Shown here piece by piece: positions 53,720-64,000 of a stretch of 64,000 bases of DNA. The position numbers were made by a program, and so were the translations under genes. The number at the start of each line of letters is the position of its first letter. The stretch's first letter is position 1. The stretch comes from Octopus sinensis (Eukaryota): the NCBI RefSeq assembly GCF_006345805.1, contig NC_042999.1, positions 64,976,001 to 65,040,000 on the forward strand, written 5' to 3'. The notes under the pieces are model-generated. The model was given only the letters and a program-made list of their open reading frames with translations. It had not been told where the DNA came from and did no database searches.

Positions 53720-54440
53720 GATAGATTAGATTGATGATGGTTTTAATTTATTTGACCTCAGGAAAAATGTCTCTGTTCTTGTGACAAATAAGCAATTGAA
53801 GTCTGGACAGAGAGCTGCTTTGCTTACAATAACCTGTGGGGAGCGAATTTTTACTCCGTCATATGATCCAAACAGATCACGATACGGACTCATGAAAAGT
53901 AGATCTGCAGCCATTCCGCTCTACGAGGTATCACACAGAGACGAAGTATGTTATAGACAGATCTGCTGGATGATTGCAAGCGTTTGATAGTTTCCGATAA
54001 TGATACCAAGAATAAGAAACTCTCAACGTTGCTTATCATTGTGGAGCAGAGTTATGAGCTTGAAGCTGTCTAATATCTACTAATCTCTTATTCAGGTCTT
54101 CCTCTACAGCATCGCTATTCCTCAGCTCCCAAAACTTAGAAAACTTACACTCTGATGCCAGCTGTAATGACAGCTGTTAGCGCAGTAGTAAACAAATCTG
54201 ACAGGTAGCCATTAAGTTTGTCGGACAGATCACAAAATCCAGTGATTTCGCCATGGGACAATTACTTAACATGTCTGTAACTTCATTTGATGAAATCAGT
54301 TTCAAATTCTCTTTCCTTTTTTGTGCTGCACACTGATTTTCGAGCCAGAAGTTGCAGCAGACCATCCACGTCTACCGTGGCCAGTCTGCCAATCCTTCTG
54401 TGCAGTTCCTCAAAGAGCTGATTACCGTTCCATTTTTTAA
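53720..54440 (-). mobile_element. L2/CR1-group LINE RT relic
   Basis: Minus frame KLISSNEVTDMLSNCPMAKSLDFVICPTNLMATCQ resembles the pre-RT motif IS..EV..I...P.KSC.LDP.PT.LL..C; diverged homolog at 59110-59488. Confidence 0.5.
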
Positions 54441-54537
54441 AAATAAAAATATCACACGACCGTTCAAGAGTATTATAATCCCACATTACAACCGCATCTT
54501 CTACTAGCCGGTTTCGGAAAGGGTAGGGGACATCATT

Positions 54538-54725
54538 TACTGTATTTTTATTCGTGTATTGATCGCACTATTTTACACTTGATTTTTGAATTGAAAAAAC
54601 AAGGGGTGCGACTTATACGCGGGACAAACCTAAAACTATGAAGGGGAAAAACATTGTACCAAGATTTACCACTAGAAGTGTGAAGCATATATATGAGTGC
54701 AACTTATTCCCGAGTGAATACGGTG
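54538..54725. mobile_element. pogo-like MITE
   Basis: Imperfect TIRs TACTGTATTTTTATTCGTGTATTGATCGCAC / GTGCAACTTATTCCCGAGTGAATACGGT, plus an internal GTGCGACTTATAC copy. Confidence 0.6.
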
Positions 54726-54931
54726 TCTGGTTTTCACTCAAAGATATTCAAGATTTTAGAACTGTTTCTCATGATTACGTCCGATGTGCCCCTCAAGTAT
54801 ATTCACACTGGCTTTCTTCCTAAAATGCGTCAGGTCACCCATGATCGTTCTCAGAAGTTTTTGAATAAATTCCCGGCATCATTTCTATCAGAACTTTGTG
54901 CATTACTTATTTTCTTCACTACGTTCCCCTT

Positions 54932-55408
54932 CGTGGAGGCGCGTGGCTTAGTGGTTAGGGTATCAGCACCATGATCGTAAGATTGTGATTTCGATTCCTG
55001 GACCGAGCGACGCCTTCTATTCTTGAGCAAAACACTTCATTTCACGTTACTCCAGTCCACTCAGCTGGCAAAAAATGAGTAACGCTGCGATGACCTGGCG
55101 TCCCGTACAGCTGGGGAACACATACGCCATAGAAACCGGGAAACCGTGCCTATGAGCCTGGCTAGGCTTTAAAAGGGCGCAATTATTATATTTATATATA
55201 TATATATCCTGGACCGAGCGACGTGTTGTGTTCTTGAGCAAAACACTTCATTTCCCGTTGCTCCAGTCCACTCAGCTGGCAAAAAATGAATAACGCTGCG
55301 ATGACCTGGCGTCCCGTACAGCTGGGGAACACATACGCCATAGAAACCGGGAAACCGGGCCCATGAGCCTGGCTAGGCTTTAAAAAAGGGCGCATTTATT
55401 ATTTTATT
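54932..55408 (+). mobile_element. Dimeric family B SINE inside one 12-bp TSD
   Basis: TSD TACGTTCCCCTT at 54920-54931 and 55409-55420. A full unit is followed by (TA)n and a headless second unit starting at 55207. Confidence 0.9.
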
Positions 55409-55884
55409 TACGTTCCCCTTTATATATCCAATCTGTCGTTATTTTAGCGATTTCTTTTTAATTATTGAAGATTTCCCTTAACACGCTGTCCATACGAACA
55501 GCACTGAGCTTGTGGGAAGTTGAATGTTGCTATTGTTGGCTATTATAGTAGAACTTGTTGTTCCAATTATTTAAGCTATAGCGGAAGTTGTTTTTGCTTT
55601 TGTTGTCGTTAATGTTTTAGTTGGATAGTTGATAGACTCGTTTGATTCGGCAGGTGCTTTGTTTTTTCTTCTCAGTATTTTTGTATAATTTTTTCTTTTG
55701 TTATTTTGCTAGACATTCGTTTGCTAAACAAATAGACAGTGGGAATTGAATTGCTCACGTCTCCTGTGCCGCGTCATATATATTTGTATGTATACGTATG
55801 TAGATATCTATATCGATGTAAGTACTCATACATGTATGCTATTTCTCTCTCCCCTCTCTCTCTATATATGTATATATGTATATG

Positions 55885-55926
<42 letters not shown>

Positions 55927-56273
55927 ATGTATATATATATATATATCTGTGTGTGTGTATGTGTGTATGTATCTGTGTGTGTGCGCGTGCGTGTATATAA
56001 ATCTTTTAACTCTCTGCCTTCATACATTCATACAAATAGAGACAGACAGACAGACACACACACACACACCACACACACACACACACCACACACTCACACA
56101 CACACTGCAAATGAATAAAAATACATTTACTTCTGTTAAGTAGACTAAAATAACAATTATTCATAGGTGAGTCCACGTGAGTGACTAAGACAACTAAAGA
56201 ATTTCGAATAATGACAAAACGTTGAGTAAAGGCGTTAACACACATATATGCATGTATACATATATTTGTTTAC

Positions 56274-56327
<54 letters not shown>

Positions 56328-56453
56328 ATATATAAGCGAGCAATTACCCCACATTACTGTATTGTTAAAACAGTATAGTTTTTTTGGGTGCATCTAAGTT
56401 AGGTACCATATTCAAGTAAATTCATTTAAATTAACTTGAATCTTTATTGCTTT

Positions 56454-56496
<43 letters not shown>

Positions 56497-56533
56497 TATA
56501 GATATATAATATATATATAATATATTATATATG

Positions 56534-56569
<36 letters not shown>

Positions 56570-57296
56570 TGTATGTATGTATGTGTATATATGTATGTAT
56601 ATATATATAATGTATATATATATATAATGTATATATATGTGTGTATATATGTATGTATGTCCTCACTATTTGTTTCAACTGTCCTGTTTATGTTACCAGC
56701 TTTTACCCTCCGCAAAATCCCAAATCATATTTTGGTTTACAGGAGCAATTGCTTTCTCGAAGGAACATATTGTTGCTGAATTGCTCGAAATGTGGAGTAG
56801 ATAAACAGTCGATAAGTGATGAAGGGTCGTTTCTTTATGTTACTTCTCTTGTTTTCCCTTTGTTTTTATCGTTGTTCGCAAAAGAAATTTTATTTTCGAA
56901 CTTCATATTTGTTTAAATTTGTTTAAATTTTGTGCCGTCCTGTACTCATATATGCATATATATATGTACATATATATGTCAGTATGAACATATATGTATG
57001 TATATATGCCCATATGTATATTATATATATATATAAATAGATAGATAGATAAATATAGATAAATAGATATGCGTATATGTTTATGTATAGAAAAGCATTG
57101 ATTTTACATGTAAATGATATGACTGCGAGCTAAGAAGTTTGCTTCTCAGGCACATGATTGCGGGTCTAGTTCGTATGGCAGCTTGAGAAAATGTCTTTTA
57201 CCATAGCCCCGGACCGAAGAAAGCTTATAAATGGATTCGTCGCACATACACATAAAGATATATGCATGTGTGTGCGTATGTATATATATATATATA

Positions 57297-58904
57297 CAGT
57301 TGCGGCCAAAATGTTCAGAAGGGCATTGTTTTCGTCAGAAAAGTAGGTATAAGTTTTTATCAAAGTTGTTTTATATTCTATAATTTTCACGGACAATAAA
57401 TACAATATTAATTGTTATTGTCTGAGATTTTGGTGTAATTTGAGAGGACAATACAAAAGTTATGGATGATTTAGTGATTTACTGCAAAACCTATGGCGGC
57501 CAAAATGATCAGAACAGTTGAAAAAATAACAAAATAATCAAAAATGACAGCGAATACTGGAATTATTTAATATTTAGTGTGAATCCCTTTAGCTTCAATC
57601 ACACTCTGACATCTTCGACTGCATGAGGAAATTAAATGTTCAATTTCTTGCTGGGTGATCTTATTCCATTCTTCCTGAAGGGCATTCCATAATTGCTCAG
57701 TTGTTTTAGGATTTCTGGCTTTCGAACGTTCTCCTAGAATATTCCACACATTTTCAATAGGATTGAGATCTGGGCTTTGAGCTGGCCAATCCATAACAGT
57801 AACCTTTTCAGCCTTGAGGAAGTTCATGACCACCTTAGTCTTGTGACATGGGACATTGTCCTGCATGAATATGGGTGGTCGCTTAGTTGAATTTCTCGCA
57901 AGCACAGGCAAGACATGATTTTTTACAAGTTGTTATAAAACTCCTGCATTAAATTCCATGTAATCGCACCAAAGGGCCACGCCATCTCCAGATATCATTC
58001 CCCAAACCATGACACTTCCTCCATCGAATTTAACAATAGTCTTAAGGCATTTAGGCAACAATTTTTCACCTACTTTTCTACGAACGTACCTTTTCCCATC
58101 TGAGCCAAATAGCATAAACTGAAATGCACCGTTTGCCATTTTTCTTGAGACCACAACACATGCGTTGGAAAGGTAATACGACACTTTTTATTCTTGGAGC
58201 TGATCAGTGGCTTCACTGCAGGTGCTCTGCTTGTAGGTCAAGGGCAACTAAACGACGAGACACAGTTTTTCGAGATAAAGTTTTCTTCAATACAATGCTC
58301 ATTTCCGAAAGAAACAACAGCAGCAGTTAGTTTTAAATCTGTCCTTTTTAATCAACTTTACCATAGCACGATCTTCTCTCTTGGTCGTTTTTCTGGCCTA
58401 CCTGTAAACTTTCTTGCTTCACACGAACCACAATCATCGTAGACCTTAAGAATACCGTTTACAACACTTTTGACTTGTTAACAATCTTTGCAATAGATCC
58501 AATTCTTAAATTATCCTTCCTTCGAAGCTTAATAATCTGCTGACGAATTGGTAACGGAGTAAGTGGCTTAATATTAACAAAGTACACTGCAAATATTCTT
58601 ACTAATGTTTAGTAAACGAACCGTCACGTAAACAAATTCAAAACATTAGAGTTCGCCGGTTAAACATACTAAAACACGGAGTAAAAGCAATCGTTCTGAT
58701 CATTTTGGCCGCCATGGGTTTTGCAGTAAATCACTAAATCATCCATAACTTTTGTATTATCCGCTCAAATTACACCAAAATCTCAGGCAATAACAAATAA
58801 TTTATTGTCTGTGAAAATTATAGAATGTAAAACAACTTTGATAAAAAATTATATCTACTTTTCTGACGAAAACAATGCCGTTCTTAACATTTTGGCCGCA
58901 ACTG
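57297..58904 (-). mobile_element. Full-length IR/DR-type Tc1 transposon (1608 bp)
   Basis: TA duplications at both ends; TIRs of about 215 bp (57297-57515, 58693-58904), each with an outer and an inner GCGGCCAAAATG.TCAGAA direct repeat. Confidence 0.95.
57567..58572 (-). pseudogene. Tc1 DD34E transposase pseudogene
   Basis: FMQDNVPCHKTKVVMNFLKAEKVTVMDWPAQSPDLNPIENVW (D-34-E); GGSVMVWGMISG. The start codon reads ATT, the first Asp is lost after VHFS, and there are frameshifts. Confidence 0.92.
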
Positions 58905-58920
58905 TATATGTGTGTGTATG

Positions 58921-58982
<62 letters not shown>

Positions 58983-59109
58983 TCACATACATACATATAT
59001 ATATGCTGGGTTCTCCTGCTGAGAATAAAGTATGAGCATTTAAACAGTTAGGCTCATCTTCTTATGGAATTGGTTTGGATGTGACTCAGTATTCGATAGA
59101 CGTGTCTTT

Positions 59110-59488
59110 CTTTAACGTAATTGTCAGATAGGGTCACCGTGACACACTCTTTCAACGCTAGATCACTGAATTATATTTGCAGTGTCGCCAACGGTCTGCT
59201 ACATAATTTTTTCTCCATTGTCACTCGTACGTTTGTTCAACGCTTGTCCCGTGGTTCTAAAGGACATCCTGCTGATATAATGAGAACCGTCAACACACTA
59301 GTAAACAAATCTGGCATGTACTATTCAAGTTTGTCGGACAGATCTTCAAATCCAGTGATTTCGCAATTGTACAGCTACTGAATATTTCTGTAGCTTCATT
59401 TCTTAAAATCGGCTTTGTTTTAAACTACGCTCTACATCTAGAGCAAATGTTGCAGTAGACCATCGAAGTCTATCATAACCAGTCCAGC
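59110..59488 (-). mobile_element. L2/CR1-group LINE RT relic (second copy)
   Basis: KPILRNEATEIFSSCTIAKSLDLKICPTNLNSTCQ aligns with the 54.2-54.3 kb frame. Confidence 0.5.
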
Positions 59489-59855
59489 GTAGGAGTGGCT
59501 GTGTGGTAAGTAGCTTGCTTACGAACCACATGGTTCCGTGTTCAGTCCCACTGCATGACACTTTGGGCAAGTGTTGTCTACTATAGCCTCAGCTCGACCA
59601 AAGCCTTGTGACTGGATTTGATAGATGGAAACTGAAAGAAGCCCGTCGTATATATGTATATATATACATATATATACATATGTATGTGTCTGTATATGTT
59701 TGTGTGTCTGTGTTTGTTTCGAAATTCCCCCAGGACATCTGATGAAGGCTGGAGAGTATATCAGCCAAAACATGTTAACAACAAACAAAATGAGGGCAAA
59801 TATCCGACAAATGTAAATAATGTACATAATTTCTCATCTCTCAAATATAGAACTG

Positions 59856-59908
<53 letters not shown>

Positions 59909-60166
59909 GTACGCACGCACACACATATATAAATGTGTGTGCATTTATGTATGTATGTATATATGTATGTGTGTCTATGTGTCCTTGTCTGTCCCCGTCA
60001 TCGCTTAACAACCGGTGTTGTCGTGTTTACTCCCCCGTAAATAAGAGGTTCGGCAAAAGATACCGATAAAAAAAGGCTAGTCTTTAAAAAAAGTAAGTGC
60101 CGGTGTCTATTCGCTCGACGAAAAGTTTTTAAGGCGGTACCCCAGCTTGGCCGCAGTCTAATGAGA
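59489..60166 (+). mobile_element. Family C SINE expanded by a nested insertion
   Basis: Head at 59489, 3' half from about 59975 to 60166; a hammerhead-bearing fragment 59716-59857 lies inside. Confidence 0.85.
59734..59776 (+). ncRNA. Hammerhead relic (G12A, collapsed helix III)
   Basis: GACAU|CUGAUGA|A|GGCUG..CAGCC|AAAA|CAUGUU. Confidence 0.5.
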
Positions 60167-60168
60167 TA

Positions 60169-60445
60169 CAGTAATCCCTCGCCATATCGCAGTTCACCTA
60201 TCGCGGTTCACCTATCGCGATTCACCTATCGCAGTTCACCTATCACGTTCGCCTATCGTGGTTTATTATTTAAGCTTACGTCGATTCCTCCGTGGTGTTG
60301 TTTTGCATTTATCATAAAATAAATATATACAAATTATGAAAATGACAAAAAACAAATGCGATACAGTGCTGTTCCTACTTCGCGGAATTTCACCTATCCC
60401 GGGATGTATGGGAACGTAATACCCGCGATAGTCGAGAAATTACTG
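60169..60445. mobile_element. Tigger/pogo-like MITE with internal 14-bp tandem repeats
   Basis: TA|CAGTAATCCCTCGCCATATCGC ... GCGATAGTCGAGAAATTACTG TIRs; five TTCACCTATCGC-type units at 60191-60259. Confidence 0.8.
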
Positions 60446-60974
60446 TTACGCGTAACAAGCAAAAGAAACTAAACGGAATATACACTCGAGCACACGGACG
60501 GACAAGAGAATGGATGTGTTTTAGAATATCACTACGCAACCTCTTGGTTTAGTGTTCGATAATACGCACATGCATTCTAGCGAGTATCTTTGATTGTAAC
60601 TTATAGATAACTTCTAAGAAGGTTTTAATTGAGAAACGCTATGTTGAATTCTGCCATGTGCGTGTCTGTGTGCGTGTGAGTGTGTACATACAAGCATACA
60701 TATATATATTTATACGCACATAATTTCAAACGTATACATATGTACACCCATTTGCACCTAATTACTCCTATTTGTCAACAGCATGAAACTTTCCCCGGGG
60801 CAAAACACAGGTTCGAATATACTTCAAACGTATTTGAGCTAGTAACAAGTTTGTGTGTATCTGTATCTATGTATCCACACACACACACACACACACAGAC
60901 ACACATACACAGACACAGACACACACACATACACACATACACACACATACGCACACACATACATGACTGTGTAT

Positions 60975-61335
60975 TGGCGCAGGTGTGGGTGTGTGATAAG
61001 AAGCTTGCCTTGTGAGTGGATTTGGTAGACGGAAACTGAATGAAACCCTAAATGTGTGTGTGTGTGCGCGCGTGTGTTGTGCGCGTTGTGTGTGTTTTTT
61101 TTGTGTGTGTGTGTCTTAGCGTCTGTCTTTATCCCTCTCCACTAACTGACAACCGGTGTTGGTTTGTTACGTCCCCGTAACTTAGCGGTTCGGCAAATAG
61201 ACCAACGGGATAAGTACCGGGCTTAAAAGAAAAAGAAAAAAAATATTACAGGGGTCAATTTGTTCGTCTAAAAGATCTTCAATGTGGTGCCCCAGTATGG
61301 CCGCAGTCTGATAAGTGAGACAAGTAAAAGAATAA
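60975..61335 (+). mobile_element. Family C SINE with internal deletion
   Basis: GTGATAAGAAGCTTGCC joined to TTGTGAGTGGATTTGGTAGACGG; tail present. Confidence 0.7.
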
Positions 61336-61484
61336 AAAAAAGTACAAACACACATTGATAGAGCCAAGGACACACCCATGTACACACGTTTATATTTATA
61401 TCAGTTATATAAATGGCGGTGCTCCCGCATGGCCGCAGTCAAAGATCTGAAAAATGTAAAAGAATGTTTATATATATTCTTTTA

Positions 61485-61669
61485 TTTGTTTCAGACATTT
61501 GACTCTGGCCATGCCGGAGCGCCGGCTATAGTCCAGCAAATCGACCCCAGGACTTATTCTTTGTAACCACAGTACTTATTCTATCGGTCTCTTTTGACGA
61601 ACCGCTACTTACGGGGACGAAAACACACCAGCATCAAGCGATGTTGAGGGGACAAACACAGACACTCAA

Positions 61670-61718
<49 letters not shown>

Positions 61719-61878
61719 CACGACGGGCTTCTTTCAGTTTCCGTCTACTAAATCCACTCACAAGGCTTTGGTCGGTCCGAGGCTATAGTAGAAGACACTT
61801 GTCCCAGTTACCACGCAGTGGGACTAAACCCGGAACCATGTAGTTGGTAAACAAGCTACTTACCACACAGCCACTCCT
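61485..61878 (-). mobile_element. Family C SINE
   Basis: Homologous to 15236-15626. Confidence 0.85.
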
Positions 61879-63590
61879 TATATTTATATTTATATAATTT
61901 TTCCATATCCACAAGTTGTCTGTGTTTACGAATTTTCTCATAATGTGTGCATTTTATGGCTCGTAATACAATTAAAGGACAATGCTGTGGGGTTGATTAC
62001 CGGTACGTCAGTATGACGGTAATGTGATAAACGATACGATTCAAACATATAAATATATACATACAGACATAAGTAAATGCATACACACGTTTACAAATGT
62101 CCATATGTACATACATACTCATTCATATACACATACATACACACTCTTGTATACATACATACATACATGCATACAAGCACATGCGCATACTTGCATACAT
62201 ATCTTCGAAGCTACATAGGTGCACACGTGCATGCATTTATATGTACATACACATTTATACATATACCTACACACATTTGCTCACACACACGCGCACACGC
62301 ACACACACACACACAAACATACATACACACATATATTTATGTTTCTTTATTAGCCACACAGGGCTGGACACAGACGGGACAAATTACAAAGTAGAGCTTT
62401 TCTTTTTGGGAAGAGAAATTAAAAAGAATAAAAGGTGGGGTAGGTTTTCGATCCAAAGGGATGGTAGAAAGGAAGAAAAAAAAAACAAGAAAAACGAAAA
62501 AAAGAAAAGAAAAAAAAACGATCAATAAGGATCGTGTATCACAGAAATGTCAATCGAACCCGGCAAGCACGCTAGATCTACGAACTAAAGTGTAAAATTT
62601 ATATTAATGAAATCACAGTCGTTCTTTTTTTTTTTCAAATATAACAAACTGTACCAAGGATCTCACATATTTTCCAATACATACATACATACATACATAC
62701 ATACATACATACATACATACATACATACATACATACATACATACATTCTACATACATACATACATACATACATACATACACACACACATACATACTAACA
62801 TATAGACATAGAAGAAGATCTAAATCGGAAATGGATGCGTGGCGTTCAATCATATGGAATATAAAAATATATAATATATATATATAATATATATATATAT
62901 AATATATATATTAGATATAATGTATAGATATATATATATATATATAGATATATATATATATATATATATATAGTATGTATGTATATTGCATGTATATGCA
63001 TCTATATATAGTATTGTTCATATATAAACGTATATATATATATATAATATATATATATACATATCTAAGCAAATATGTGTACGTATGTATGTAGGTAGGT
63101 ACGTATGTAGGTATGTATATCTGTCCACATAAATCAGTGTGCTGGTTTATGTATATACGTATGAGTGAATGTTTGTATGTGTGCGTGTGTGTGTTTGTGT
63201 GTGTGCGTGTGTGTGTGTGTGTGTATAGTTTTTGTTTTCCGGTGGTATTAATTTGACAAGGATGTGCGTGTGTTCGTTTTCTTTTCACAGCCTATTGTTT
63301 ACAAATTGGTGAACCACCTTAGCGTGTTACAGCACAAGGAGAGAGAAATACGTCAGCTGATGAGTCGTAACTTATTCTCATCTCCATGTGCATCTCTACG
63401 TACTACTATACGTGTGTGTGTGTGTGTGTGTGTTTGATCTTTATGATAATTTTTTGATTAGTGGTTTGAGAGGTAGTGACAGTGCAATGACCAACAGAAC
63501 CAACAGACTGATAAACTCGTTGTATGAGCGTATGAGAGCGTGTGTATAGATCCTTATATATATTACATAATATAACTATATATAGATGTG

Positions 63591-63675
<85 letters not shown>

Positions 63676-63900
63676 CACGTATACGTCTATATATAGTTAT
63701 CTTTATATAAAACATATATGTAGCTAGTAAATATATATATATATAGTATTTGTTGCCACTTCAAGAGACTGTTCCGCACGGAACAACGTTACCACACTTT
63801 TTTAACCCCAGGAGAATACCTCCTCCAGCTGGCTAACGACGTGACCTGTTTCTGATAGATTGCGCGTTGGGGGGGGGGGCGGCAACCCCTTGCATCTAGC

Positions 63901-63960
63901 GATTTGACCGGACCATTAGATCAGTCAGGTTTCAGGGTAATTTTCCCTTCTTCAGAACTC
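63901..63960 (-). ncRNA. Type I hammerhead-like motif with canonical core, full helix III and GUC site
   Basis: GAGUU|CUGAAGA|AGGG-AAAAUUA-CCCU|GAAA|CC.GACUG-AUCUAA-UGGUC.GG|UC|AAAUC. All invariant core residues are present. Confidence 0.8.
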
Positions 63961-64000
63961 TCAATATATCGGGCGCATGTTGTGTCGTTGACCCGCTGGA

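Noticed and set aside
60191-60259. Short regularly spaced repeats (CRISPR-like at a glance)
   Set aside because: Contiguous 14-bp tandem units without spacers, inside a MITE in eukaryotic DNA.
63291-63410. Strong acceptor TTTTCTTTTCACAG followed by one open frame PIVYKLVNHLSVLQHKEREIRQLMSRNLFSS
   Set aside because: No good donor before the frame runs into (GT)n; no recognisable protein.

Overview
AT-rich, repeat-saturated eukaryotic genomic DNA. The SINE families and the (TA)n/(CA)n/(ATCT)n load are most consistent with an octopus (coleoid cephalopod) intron or intergenic region; this is an inference. No intact host gene, rRNA, true tRNA or CRISPR array can be supported. Most ORFs in the track are microsatellite translations (IY/HT/VC runs) or dead transposon fragments. 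DNA transposons: a full-length dead IR/DR-type Tc1 (DD34E), a deleted mariner, two maT (DD37D) pieces, two pogo/Tigger-like MITEs and two non-autonomous Helitrons. Retroelements: three R4/Dong-type RLE LINE fragments, CR1, RTE and L2-like relics, and many copies of four tRNA-derived SINE families (working names A-D). The main hidden signal is about 15 hammerhead-ribozyme (HHR)-like motifs on both strands, in several unrelated short repeat families that look like Penelope-like-element (PLE) pseudo-LTRs or retrozymes. Four have a fully canonical core (24.6, 39.4, 42.6, 63.9 kb). Others share recurrent non-canonical cores (U6, U3, C4) or a possible type II order. All folds were read by eye and none has been tested.
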